A DNA stretch of 60,763 nucleotides, filler included, from Catajapyx aquilonaris (Eukaryota): NCBI GenBank assembly GCA_000934665.2. It is 3 parts of 3 records of this genome, joined end to end, with 100 filler letters (N's around TTAATTAATTAA, not from the genome) between each part and the next. Parts side by side here need not be neighbours in the genome. Positions count along the whole stretch, not along the records: positions 19,679 to 39,247 come from JYFJ02006434.1; positions 39,348 to 60,763 come from JYFJ02006435.1; 1 more part is not named here. The stretch is one strand, 5' to 3'. Both the position numbers and the translations under genes were made by a program. The notes under the pieces are model-generated. The model was not told the DNA's origin and searched no databases. It saw only the letters and a list, made by a program, of their open reading frames with translations. The first letter of the stretch is position 1. Every line of letters starts with the position of its first letter. Positions 37,469-50,125 of the stretch are shown in pieces.

Positions 37469-39247
37469 TCGAGTGCCCCAGCAGCCAACTGGTTGATCAA
37501 TCCGAAACATTGTGGACTTTGGCAGATCACCACCATTTGTATAGTTCAGTCGATAGAAATCCGTTTTTTTTTCTCACTCATTTCGACAGCGTGAAATCGA
37601 CATATCCTGCGAATCCATGTGTTGTTGTCAAACACCCCGTAAATAATTTCCTGTTTACAACCCAGCAACTGCAGACATGTAATTTTCTGGAAGCGACGTC
37701 CTTCATATAAAATGATCTCAGACACTCGGCGACTGAGGCATTGCGTCTGCGCAGATCTAATTAGGACTAACAGACGCCACCGACTGTTGTGTGCTCTAGC
37801 TCTTCCTTTACTCATATCTCCGGCTAATAAATAAGGTAAAGGCTCTTTTTCGCCCGAGCCGCCGCCTCCTACGAGATCATGGCTTTAATGCCTCTATTTT
37901 CGCCCATTTTTCTGCACTTACTCATTCAGGCCAAGGCCTAGTAATAGTGCAGTAAAGAGGCCCAGGGGACCCCCAGGCTACGAGCCCCGAAATTTCACTC
38001 GGCGCTATTTTCACGTGCCTGAGACTACCCTCGTCTGCACCTTCTCTATTCAATTTTTGCCTTGGATAGTTGTAAAAAAAAACCTGCCTTCCTCTAAAAC
38101 GGAGTGGGGAGTTATCAATAATTAACTGGCAAAGTTCGGCAGATGTTCCATAGCCGGTGGTTTAATCGATGCTGTGCAGATGGTGGTGATACCAGCCAGA
38201 ATTCAGCACCACCTGCACTATCTCTAAGCTTATAACTACGGCCATCTTACTTAATTAGAAGTACCAAATATCAGCGTGATTAATCGCCAGCCGTGGTGCA
38301 ACTGTCCCCTCTAAGGAACCGCAGGAAACCTTCAGTATTTTTAACCTGTCCTTTCAAAACTCTTGTGTCTGAACTAATGCGACGCAGATGCAACAATGTC
38401 ACAATGTAGCCTCCGACTCATTTTTAGCAATGTTGGCCCGATGATCCCAACCGAAAAAATAGGCATAATTGGTGGGGTTCAGTGAGCGTAGGCGTCGGGG
38501 ATAAGTCTGCGTCGTCTGGCGGCTTATCCGACCAATTCAATGGCAGACAGTCAGAGACTGCCTTGCACTGATCCCCGAAAGTTATTTGGGCCTGATCCTG
38601 GATGGACGCCAAAGCCCGCCTGCAACTAAGCTTATACTGGAAAAGGACGCCCCTTTTTTGTGTATCCCACACAATCGCCATCAATCTCCCTCGATTTTGG
38701 GAAGCTTGCAGATCATCCCCAGCAGCTTCTCTTGGCCCCGAGGAATATACCGCAAAGATATTACCAAACTAACAGTGGCGCAATTATTCTATTATACGGT
38801 GCGTGGCAAAACACAGCGATTCTCCAGGCCTTTAACCGTAATTGATCATCGCCTTAAGAGCATTATCGCCCCGGAAAAGCCCTCCCGCGAATTATACCTG
38901 ACCTACTTGGGTAATGACACTGGATAATTGCCGGCATGGGAAACCAAGAGTACGCCCTGGGCTTATTCGCCATTCGTCGCCGTCGACCAGCAACTGCAAA
39001 ATGCACGGAGCATATAGCACAACCCCTCCTCCCAACGTTGTTTTTGCGACCGCAGGCGGGTAAATACGGTAATCAAATGATGCAACCGAGCGCAATATTG
39101 ACGGACAGGTAAACAACTTCGGTGCAAACTGGGAAAAGGCCAGCTTCATATCTAATACATATTTCTAGACGTATGTCTGTCTCTCCTGTTATTCGCTATG
39201 CAAATCCGTACGGAGGCCCCGACATATGCCCCAGGGGTTTCACTAGG

Positions 39248-39347
39248 NNNNNNNNNNNNNNNNNNNNNNNNNNNNNNNNNNNNNNNNNNNNTTAATTAAT
39301 TAANNNNNNNNNNNNNNNNNNNNNNNNNNNNNNNNNNNNNNNNNNNN
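39248..39347. other. Artificial contig linker N44-TTAATTAATTAA-N44
   Basis: Same 100-bp structure as 19579-19678. Confidence 0.95.
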
Positions 39348-40418
39348 CAAATGTGATGGTACCAATGTGAGAATTCGAAAGTAATGCATCCGGGTCCGCC
39401 ATTTCATGCATTCCTTTTCAAATTTTTATTGGACCAGGTTATGGCCCAATGCGAAAAATAAGGTCAGGAATGAGTTCACAACATTTGCATGAAGGGGAAC
39501 TCATGGAAAAGGGTCATAAAAACCTTATCTGACGCAGAATATGACCAGGTGTCCTCCAAGGCAACAAGCAAAATAAACGCAAAACAGATAAGATGTTTGG
39601 ATGAGTCACAGAGGCGAAGTTATTAATGGAATTGCGAGAGCGAAGGTGCTCAGATGTTCTCCAGATTATGCTTCAAAAGATAGTGTACATTAGAACTGCT
39701 TGTGGACTTTTAAAAGATGTGAAAAGACGCTGTGAAAAGTAGGGTTAAAAAACCTGGAGGGGGGTCCGAAACTTTCCGTCCACCCTGTATGTGTCGAATG
39801 TCCACCACTCATAATAGAGAACAACTGCCCTCACTTCTGCCTTAGTCCATGTGACCAACACATTTGTCTGCCATGACGTATCCTGACAGAATGTGGGCGG
39901 GCTGACTTGGTTCAGCACTTGGTCTCATCCAACAGCTATGCCTGCACAGAAGCTGCAAGACGGCGCCTACCCATCCTATCAAGTACCAGAAGGATTGACG
40001 TGCCTGCTTATGCTCGTCTTTACCCTGCCTGTCGCATGGCGCCGAAACTGTAGTATTGCAAAACTTATTTTCCGACTAACCATTGTACATAACAACTGCT
40101 ACATTCTACCACCTAGAAATAATTGGCAACAAGCTACACAAAAATAACAACTTCAGGCGATATGACCAATAACTAAAAACAACCCTGATAGTCAGAACAC
40201 ACTGTATAAACATATATAGGCACAACATCACACTTTCAGATAACAACTCACTTTAAATATGCACTCTGGCATGTCACACCTGAACAAAACATTTCTTGTC
40301 CTCGACTAACAGTTCAATAAAATCAATATCAAACTACTGTGCCAAGTCACTTCAACAAAGGACGTTTATCTTCTGGTTGAAAGGTATCTAGTAAAGGAAT
40401 TAGATTTTGTCAACTATA

Positions 40419-40797
40419 CAGGGTGTTTCTTACTAGTCCAGCCAACGGCCGTCAGCGTATTTTTTGAGCCAAAAGAAGTCGCAAATGTAGGGGGGGGAAA
40501 TGTTGAGGGAGCAACTGTTACCATGACCTTGACCAGAAACATTGTCTAATTGTTGCCGAATGAGCAGGATATGAGCGTGAAAATCGCGACTGTTGGAATT
40601 TGCAAGGTCACCTCTTTCACAGAAGTGAGATAATCACCACTCATATCCTGCAACTTTGGCAACCACTGGCCAATGTTTCTGGTCGTCTACCTCGTTAACG
40701 GTTGGTCCCTTGACATTTCTCCCCCCTACATTTTCGACTTTTTTTCGCCCAAGGAATATGCTGACGTCCATTGGTTGGACTAGTAAGAAACAACCTG
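40419..40797. mobile_element. TA|CAGGGTG palindromic MITE with diverged arms
   Basis: TA|CAGGGTGTTTCTTACTAGTCCA ... TGGACTAGTAAGAAACAACCTG|TA. Internal pairs aatgtagggggg/cccccctacatt, gaccagaaacattg/caatgtttctggtc and gcaggatatgag/ctcatatcctgc. Confidence 0.8.
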
Positions 40798-41553
40798 TAT
40801 ATCAATTGAGTTCGTAACGAAATGATCTGAGTTAGGAACAGATGTCCTGCTTTGGAGGTGTCCTCTGTTGCTCTTTGTTAGGTTGTACATCACCCAAAAC
40901 TATTACTCAGTATCTGCACGCTGTTACATGTATTCTAATTTTGGACCCCCCCCCCCCTCCCTCTCTCTCCCTCTCCATTTGACGCTATTGCATCTCCTGT
41001 TATATTCCAAAACTAACATACTTTTTACCATATCCCTGGTCCTGGTGACATGTTCTCCAACCTATTATGGTACAGATTGGCAAAGCCATGTTTGTGCCTC
41101 AGGCTGTGGAGCACAAGTAAAACGGTAACGGTGTGGATATAAACCCACCAAACATGCCCAGCGCACATTTTTTGCATCTAACTAAAATCATCCTCAGCCA
41201 GGACTAAAGTGTTGTGATTTTGGAATACTGCATACCTTATACACATGTAAACTGAGTCAGAAAAAGAGCCACAGCAAGCAGCTCTAGTTGCCATGCTTCA
41301 ATTTAATAGGTTTCTCGCAATTAGCAACATTCAGAGCTACCAATTACTCCTCTTACTTCAGAAGATTTTTTTGCATAATTATGTCAAAATATTTTACCTA
41401 GGTTCAGATTGATGTAAGTCACTGCCTGTCACATTAGCCCTGTCCTCACAAATAAAAATAATTTCCAATTCTCCTGTCTTGACATATTCCTTGCTGCTGA
41501 TTAAAGCCCAAACCCAATAAATGATCCATGCCATGCAACTGAAGTGAGCCTAC

Positions 41554-44500
41554 CTTTTGATTGATCTCTTCATTTTTCTTCCCACAGTTACCCAATTCTG
41601 CTTTGAATACTGCAGCTTTGTTCCTCAACTCAGCCAACTTCTTTTCGTCAGAGGCCACTTGTTGTGACGCTTCTTTCTCATTCGTTTCAGCTGCTTGCAC
41701 CTCTGACCAGGCAAGTTCACTCCCTAAGCGCTGCACCTCATTTCGGGCCTCGTTAATGTTTTCCTGCTGTTTCCGTTTCTCTTCCCACACTGCAAGCTCT
41801 TTCTGTAATTCCACCAAGTCTTCTTCTTTTTCCCTCAGCGATTTCTTTGCCATTCTAATCTTTGCCCGGGTATCCAAGTAGTCATCCTTTATCCTGGCCA
41901 GAAGGGTAGCACGCACAAAGAATTTGTACTGGTCTTGCGTAGATGATGCATTCAGGAAAGCTCTGGATTTATAGAGTTTCAAAAGCAGGTTAATTAGATT
42001 AAAATGTTAAAATAGCCAGTTGTCTTGTGCACCTTGTTGCAACTAAGGATATTATTTTATCTTTGTGACCAGTAATGGAACTAAAGTAGGGGAGAATTGG
42101 CAAGAATCAGACAGTGGACTATTTTTTTTTCATTCAGGGAAACATAATAGGATTAATAGCTTCTGGTTTGTGTGGAATGATGGCACTGACTTTTTATGCA
42201 TTATAAGGTGGGTAGGGTAGTGATGACCTCTTATGAGGTATTGCATGGACCTTCATTGTGGTGCTTTCACAATCATTACATGGTTGTTACAACACAAATG
42301 CACTGGTCCACATGCATGGGGAAGGAGGAGGTTCCCAAAGGAGGACACTGTAATAGTTTCTAGTCATTTCAGACAGTCCTTTTCTCCTGGCCCAGGGCAA
42401 AGAAGGGAGTGCACATCTGCCCGGACATGTCAGGTGAAAAGCAGAAAAAGACCAATCCAAGGAAAGGTGACGGGGAAGGGATTTGAACCCTGGACCTCCT
42501 GCTTAGCTGGCCAGTAGCACAGCCACTAGACCACTGTGCCCATCTTTTCCTTTGAACATTATAATTACAGCCTCTTTAAGTATGTCAGCATAGACTAGGA
42601 GAAATAATATGAATTCAACCACTCTGGTTAAGATTTCTGATATTTCTATGCAATCATGAAACTGCCACAACTGCAAGGGTTGGAATACATCGATGTGGAA
42701 ATTTTAACTTCAAACACTTGAGACATTTCAGTACTGATGGTAATGTTGTTTCATGGCTCTTCCAATTCTCCCAAAAGCATGAAAAGACTGGTTCAAATGT
42801 AATAAGGGATGCTGGGAAACACAAGAGGAAGGGTACACCACCACCAATTAAGTATGTCAGCATAAAGAGGGAGGAAGAAAAGTTATTTCAGGCACAACAT
42901 GATTTCTCATATTTCTTGCCGATCATGACCTACCACAACTGCAAGAGTGATGACCCAACTAATGTATCATAACTCACCCAGGGTTCTCTCGGATGCGATA
43001 TAAAGATGTAGCAAAAGATGCTAGTAAAGAGAAAGGGTACGCTACTCCATCACCACCAATATAATTATGAAGATCCCAATATGCTCTCATTACTTCATCT
43101 TACCTCATTCGAGACCATCAGTGTGGTCACCAAGATTTGCACGACCTTTCTCAATCAATAGCAAAACTGTAGAATGCCATTTATTTGCGTCAGTGGATAA
43201 TACTAGCCAGAGCTCATGCGGCGGTCTGGTACAGTTCAGACATGTGAAGCCCTGTCATTATAGGAAAGAGTCAAAATCAGAATGATCAAACCCTGGTAAA
43301 TATAGCAGGTTATAATATATTATACCACTTGATTATTATGGATCTCTAAGATATCAAAGCTAATGAGAACAACTGCGGCTCCTGATGTGCCACTCCTGCC
43401 ATTGTTGGATGTTGGTGGGTGCAATGGTGTCATTCCTCTTTTTAATTTCCCTACATTCTTTGCTATGCTCATATCCTTTTAAAAAAAATAACATCCAAGT
43501 GTATTATGGAAGAGCTGGCAAATGGCATGTGGTTCATCATTGTAGAGGCTCAACTACCGTATCGTAGGAGTGACAGGGGGCTTCAAATTTTAAAACACAT
43601 GTCATGGCTTATGTTACAACCTGCATCTAGAAGGTATTCATTGGTAACACCATGGCAATGACAAGGCAAGATATTAGGGCTCCTCTTGGAAGTGTTGCTT
43701 TTTCAATTACTTGGACATGGTGGCGTGACTTAATATTGATTGTGTGTGTATGTGTTAATCTCAGATTAATTGTGTGTAATAAAGCATAGTCTCTGAAGCT
43801 GTCATCTCTTCTCTAGGTGAAGGGTACAGGTAGGGGGAAGCAAGAGGGGTGGGGATGTAGCATAAAAGCCCAGTGGGGCCACAGGACACACACATAAGGA
43901 GGATGCTGTTGTAGCCCACAAGTGCTACTGGGAGTATCACCAACCACCACCATGCATGATTGCCAACAGCAAATGCAGGGGAAGATTGGATGGTCATATG
44001 CTCCAGAACCCACGAGAGTGCACGTTTCGAGGGTTCGACCATAGTAACTAAATGTTCCTAGTTATAATTCAGAGCGAATTCCTTTAGTTCCCCACCCTCC
44101 TGCAGATCAAGAAGCTTTGTTCAAAACATACAAAAACATTAACAATTAAATAATAAACAATTAAGGTCCATGCAACATACCCCAAAAGGGGGCCAAAACA
44201 CTACGGTACCTAGATTATCATCATCAACATCATTATTAATATATTGTGTAATCTGGTGCACATGCTCTCTGGTGGGTCTGAGATCTCCCCGATCATACTA
44301 TCTTTGCGCATCTCTGCTGATGGAAGATATGCCTGGCAGTGGCTGGCAAAACTCCCAGTGGTGTTTGAGGGTAGGTTAGGTTAGGTTAAGTTAGGTTAGG
44401 TTAGGCTAGGCTTAGAAAAGTTGTGAGAGCGAAGTCCCCTGAGCTTATGGTTCACTAATCGGCATGTGTGTGTGGGTGTGGGTGGGTGTGTGTGTAGTGG

Positions 44501-47188
44501 GCCTACTGGGCTACAATAGGACCAACTACAGCAGCTAACCATTTTGAGGTAACAATGGAAACAGGTCTATAATTATATCTCAAGCATTGAGTCACAATCA
44601 TTCCTCCCAGTTGCTATCCCATTCCTCCTGCAAGCAGAAAATAATGCTTATATCCTGCTAACGATATGATCACAATGCCAAGGTCTCAGTCCAAAAATCA
44701 AACGACGCACCAAAGCTCCCAAGACAATGTTAAGGGGAAATGAAAATATGAATTGATAATATTGTGCATGAAACTGGTATACTTCAGAAATAGCAACAGC
44801 AAAGACGACACTAACCTGGCAACCTCCTGGTTGAGAATGACAACGGGGTTGTCAATCTGGATGTTCAAATTGCTCAGGATTACATCCAGCTCCCCCTTTT
44901 CAGTTGACCTCCACCCACCAGACCTGCCTTCACCTCCAGCTTTCAAGGACCACACATTCATGCAGTTGCTTCCAGATACATTCAGCACTCTTTGAAACCG
45001 GATTGTCTCTCCATATTCTTCTGCATTGTAGGCTTGAATACCACGGTTAGAAAGTGTGACCTCAATGTTGGCTCGCCTACAATCCTGCTTGATGAACTCC
45101 TTCAGATTACTTGACCTGTTGGTGCTACTGGCTTTTGAGCCTAGGCCAATCATCACGGCTACCAATATAGCACTCTTTCCTGATCCATTATTTCCTGTTA
45201 TGAAGTTTATGCGCTTTGAAAAGTCGATGCACAATGAATCATGGCACATAAAATTCTGCATCTCAACACGCTCCAAAATTCCATGTCTTTCTTCCTGTAT
45301 AAATGAAAACAAACAAAATTCAATCGATGCATTTGTAACATGGTGCAATATTGAAGAATAACAAAACAAAGCACAATGATTAAGGGTGGCATTTTCAAAG
45401 CATGTAACAAGCTTAATGTGAAGGCTTAGTATGGAAAAAATGGTATGCCTGCTACAACATGATTGTGAATTCCAAATTGCATCAACATAAAAATTCAAAA
45501 AGCTTCTTGGGACATAATTCTGGCACCAAAACAACACATACAAAGAAGTCCATCATGTGGTATACACTCCTTAATGGGCCACTTCCAATGTTAAGATTCC
45601 AGGCTTATATCCATTGTTCACCTTGTTTATGTGTGTATTGTGCTCGTAAGCAGCAGATCCCTTTTAAAACACCTTAACACTTCTTTCTAAATCTTTCACC
45701 TTGTCCCTAAAATCCAGGATTTTGAAGTTACTGCACTTGCCCACCATTCATTAACACATCATCATCTGATGCAGAAAAAATTTATGTAGGGTAGAGGTCT
45801 CAAACATGCAGCCCGCGGGCAACTCAATTGAAGCCCCACGGTCCTATCTCATGTTGCTGGTCATTACCAACATGTTTAGCAATTTGATGATGGACAATGA
45901 ACAAATACCTTTACTTCATGTCTTTATTTATGGCTCTGCCATGGCATGGGTTCAGTGGGGAAGTCTGGGAAAATATTTCTTCTGAAAGTGTCAGGTGTAG
46001 TCTTTAGTAGCACCACGTTTCTCAAGGGCAGAGGTTCGACTGGCCGCAGAGGAAATGCTAACCAGATATACAGACGTTAGGAGTCTGGTGGCTCACAGAA
46101 TGACCACCTGACACTGTCCTTAATTTATTATGCCCCACTCTAGCGTTGTGGGTGCCTATGTCGCCTGGTTTTGGGGGAAAAGAGAAAACACACTGGAACA
46201 AAAAAATCAGTCCTCATCTTGGGCCCATCCTGTCAAGTTACTCTCTAGTAGTGCTTATACCCCGTCATGCTGGTTAGTATTGTTCAGTGTATTTCTGCAT
46301 CACAGCAGTGATTTGTGCATCAGGACTTGCAAAACTGAAGAGGTAAGGGAGTCCTTCTGAAAGTGCCTATGCATCTGTACTGATTTTTAAATATGCACAT
46401 CTTGGATTTTAGGATTCCACTGTACTTTTTCAGTCACATCAGGGGTTAAATTCGCTCCTTGTGTGACCTTGAACACAAAAAAAAAATCTCCTGCAGCCAG
46501 CTTATTCGCACTTTCCTCATTTTCCCTATTACCACAAGTTAAACATGCCTTTTGTGCACTTCTGAAAATTCCTTTGAATAACCTCAGCCACAGCCAATCA
46601 GAAATTGCAGTGCATTTTGTATATAGTCTATAGTTAGTGTTAAACTACTAGTTTTCAGTGCAAATATTGCACCGCTGGTAAGTGCGGCCTGCACTAAAGT
46701 TCACGAAGCTGATGTGGCCAAGTGTGGCCCTCTATCAAATCGAGTTTAAGACCCCTGATGTAGGGGGTTCACATTTCCTAACAAAGGCATTCACTGTCAA
46801 ATTTATAGTGGGTTGAAGTTGAAGTAGAAGTTGAAGACAGTAAAAAAACATGAAATTGACCCCTAGAGACACTTTCTCCATGTACTTATGGCCGGTTTCA
46901 CTGAGCCCGGTTTCGATAAAAAACCCCGTTCTTTTGGAAAATCCCTGCAAATAGAATAGGGATTTTCCAAAAGAACCGGGTTTTTTATCAAAACCGGGCT
47001 CGGTGAAACCAGCCATTAGAAGTAGTGAGTAAACTAAAGAATATGAAAGAACATATAATAGGTAATGAGGGCATGTAACATGTCAGATTATTACTAACCT
47101 CAGCAAACTGATTCCCTCTGAGGCATCTTCTCTTGGGCAAATCCACTTCTGAACTTGCCTTGCGTTTTTCTGCCAGCTGGTCTGACAT
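41554..47188 (-). CDS. SMC6: Structural maintenance of chromosomes protein 6, 5' part only (rest beyond contig end)
   Basis: Exons 47188-47099, 45294-44816 (GILERVEMQNFMCHDSL...INFITGNNGSGKSAIL...GLGSKASSTNR...NIQIDNPVVILNQEVAR) and 41962-41554 (AFLN...QYKFFVRATLL followed by coiled coil). Walker A and NFMCH motifs are characteristic of SMC6. Confidence 0.93.
42300..42541 (-). mobile_element. tRNA-derived SINE (minus strand), 3' boundary approximate
   Basis: Reverse complement reads ggcacagTGGTCTAGTGG...ccagGGTTCAAATCCcttcc, giving A and B boxes without a tRNA acceptor stem. Confidence 0.55.
44372..44415 (+). repeat. Interstitial (TTAGG)n array
   Basis: taggttaggttaggttaagttaggttaggttaggctaggcttag in an SMC6 intron. 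Confidence 0.8.
46889..47015. mobile_element. PIF/Harbinger-type hairpin MITE, 127 bp, same family as 25427-25553
   Basis: TTA|TGGCCGGTTTCAC ... GTGAAACCAGCCA|TTA. Shares the loop region ggaaaatccc...caaataga...agggatttt. Confidence 0.85.
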
Positions 47189-47325
47189 TTTGTCTCCCTG
47201 CAAAGCAAAAATATTTTCACCAGTATTTTACATGCAACTGAATGCCGCAAAAAAAACAAGGGCCCAACTCCAGCCAAAAATAAAATTTGCCATGTAACGC
47301 ACTTCTGGCTTTGACCTGCCTGGTA

Positions 47326-47481
47326 CAGTGTTGGACATTAATCGACTGCTAGCAACATCTTCCGAAGCGGCAGAAGAACAAATCGAAGGTAAGGATAGTT
47401 CAAGTCGTGCCTGCAAGATTCATTCTTCTGCCGCTTCGGAAAATGTTGCTAGCAGTATGACTCGATTAATGTCCAACACTA
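47326..47481. mobile_element. Palindromic MITE with CAGTGTTG terminus
   Basis: agtgttggacattaatcga / tcgattaatgtccaacact and ctgctagcaacat..tccgaagcggcagaagaa / ttcttctgccgcttcgga..atgttgctagcag. Confidence 0.7.
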
Positions 47482-48336
47482 CCGGTATTGCCTTTCAGTT
47501 GTGAGAAACAGGATTTTGGCCTGATTTTTTGTCAAACTTGTCCAAGGTGTGCAGCCCATCTACGTCAACACATTCTATACAATAGATTCACGGCTACCGA
47601 AGTGTAACTCACCGCTACACTTGCTTAACACAATTACTAATGATTAAGTGTAACTGCTTCAGATGTAGAAGTGGCCTACCCTCTGCCCTGCTGAATTTTT
47701 CCAATCATAATTTACCAAAAACTGGCGCCGACATGTAAAGCAATTACCCCAGTTCCTACCTAACACATCATGAAGTTGTCATCTAAACTATAACTATTAC
47801 CTAACCTACTGTGAAGCTAACACAACTCTCTTACCACACGACTCACCGCGTGAGGGGCACACCCTCTTCCTTCCCAGACACAGCAGACGCGGCGTCACCT
47901 TCCACGGTCCGAGAGAGTCTGCAACGACCATATGTTCCACAAATATGCAGACGACAGCTCTAATCTTCCTTTGTTCGAAGCGTTCGAAGTGTTCCCCGTT
48001 ATTTCCAGGCATGTAGTATTGAAAGCAGGTCCAAAGTCCAGCCAGCTGGTCCAGATGGTCTGGTCTACACCAGGCTTGGAAATAATTACGTGCCCGGCAA
48101 ACTGTTGATCAGGGTTGTTGTGATAGAACACCTGTTCGTCACTAGGTGGTCACTAGCGCCACTTGGCGCCACTGTTTGAAGTACATGAAGACCTGTCAAT
48201 GTCCAGTGTACAGTGAACATCAAGTGAATGTTCATTATTGAACATTATAGATTTGTCATCTAGATTGTCAGGTTAATCGTCAATGGGTGACAGCAAGAGC
48301 TGGTGACAGCTAGTGGATCTACACAACACCAAACTA

Positions 48337-48485
48337 CAGTAAAACTTCCATAAGTCGAATCTCCATGGGACCGGGGGAAAACTTCCAGTTAGAGAAGTTT
48401 ATTTCCTATTCTTTTACATTGTGACCAACCAAGCTCATCATTTTCTTCGACTTATAGAGAACTTCGACTTATGGAAGTTTTACTG
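48337..48485. mobile_element. pogo/Tigger-like MITE
   Basis: TA|CAGTAAAACTTCCATAAGTCGAA ... TTCGACTTATGGAAGTTTTACTG|TA, with an extra internal ttcgacttat copy. Confidence 0.8.
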
Positions 48486-48602
48486 TAGTTAAATTCAGCA
48501 TATGCGAATCAGCTCGTATAATATTAAAATGGAACAATCCAGTTTTGAGCTTCCATCACTTGAGGTGTATCAGTTGGCCGAACTGGTTCGGCACTCCTGA
48601 TC

Positions 48603-48750
48603 TAATGTACGGAAAACAAGAGAACGATCTGACGTCATCGTTTCTTCCATTGTTGCTTTTTGTTGACACTGTTTACTCATATTGTTCTGTGGGGGTATTT
48701 CCATGGAAATCATGATGACGTCAGATCGTTCTCTCATTTTCCGTACATTA
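48603..48750. mobile_element. Short inverted-repeat element (unclassified MITE)
   Basis: taatgtacggaaaa..gagaacgatctgacgtcatc / gatgacgtcagatcgttctc..ttttccgtacatta. Confidence 0.65.
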
Positions 48751-49963
48751 CTTGTGGAAGGTTGCAATAAACCATAGGTGTCTGAGTGATGCGAGTTCAT
48801 CGTCACCTTCGTCGGTGTGTTACTGAATTAGCCAGTGGCAGTCCTTGGATCATCACAGGATGTTTGGCTGTGAAAGAATTAGGCTCTCATGGAGGCGACC
48901 CATTTTTCTCAGGTGGGTATCATCCACCCAATAACTTCAGGCAGTCCTGACTCATTGCCTTCCCTGGACCACAACCCAACTTGTGGTGATAAGGCCCTCA
49001 AGAATATGCAGAAATATCACTGACATTACAATGGTGAACAATTTGAATTTTGAAATCAACTATTAAAGGTTTGTCACATCTGCACCATTCTCTGGTTGAA
49101 TCGAGAGCACCTCAGATTAGTGACACAACACACCATTGTAAGGGCCTTATCGTCCTAAGTTATCATGTGTAGGTTTGAATATGGGATAGGATTAGAATAA
49201 GACGGCGGTCAGGAATACCAGAAGCTTTTGGTTGGAGTGCATGGGTTGGAATATCCTCTCAGACAATCCCATTCGGTAAAACCAGGAAAAAATGGGCCCA
49301 GCAACACAAATAAAACAGCCCAAATTGACGAATCAACTTTCATTCAGAAAATTTGACGTTTGGTCCATCAAATAGTGTTACAAGATCTTTATGAGTTATC
49401 ACAATGGTCCGTCGACAAACTGACTAGATTGGAAACTAAATGAACCTGATTGTAGAGCCATATGGTGAATTGTTAATGCCAGCATTATAATATCCTACAT
49501 CACAAATGTGACTCCACAACATAGCATGAGAGAGAACATAATTGGAGGTGCAATAAAAGGAATGTATGTGACACGGGGTAAATCACGTAAAATGTTAGTA
49601 AGACCACCATACATAAACACCAAAGTCAATGTCCAGTAAGACCCAGAAGGGTATGTCACTCCAAAAAATCTGACTGAGTAAAATCCATGTTGTACATAAG
49701 ATCAATCAGCCCAACACAGAATTAGACGTCTTAACAGCCATTCACAAACTCTGCATGGAACGGAGATTTTTTTTTTTTTTTAACTGATCACTGAACCAAT
49801 GGCTTTTTCACGAGCTATGAAGCAAGTGCATGGCAAAAGTGGATGATCCTTATGCCAAATTTCTCTCACAATAATTGAAATATTTCTTTCAACCTTTGTT
49901 TAGCACCCTTCCCACCTGGAAAATAACCAGATGCAACTGCACTACTTCACATATACCATATGC

Positions 49964-50125
49964 TTAGGGTTAAGGCCCCAGCCATCCATATCTGAGGTCC
50001 TGCATTTGATTACAGGGTCAAGCAGAGTATTTTCTCATATGGGAAGAGTTTTTATTGGTTCTTTCTGTGTTCACATGGATTTTCTCAGGGTTCTCCCATT
50101 TCCTCTCACAAATTCCATCATCATT
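49964..50125 (+). mobile_element. Degenerate copy of the V-like SINE at 55496
   Basis: gagtttttattggttctttctgtgttcacatggattttctcagggttctcccatttcctctcac aligns by eye with the core at 55593-55658. Confidence 0.55.

Noticed and set aside
39348..41553. Truncated SMC6 as a novel short protein or pseudogene
   Set aside because: Exon 3 ends at a good donor and the contig ends 2.2 kb later at an artificial linker. Truncation is best explained by assembly.
47971..47996. Heat-shock element upstream of SMC6
   Set aside because: GAA/TTC spacing is 3 nt rather than the canonical 2.
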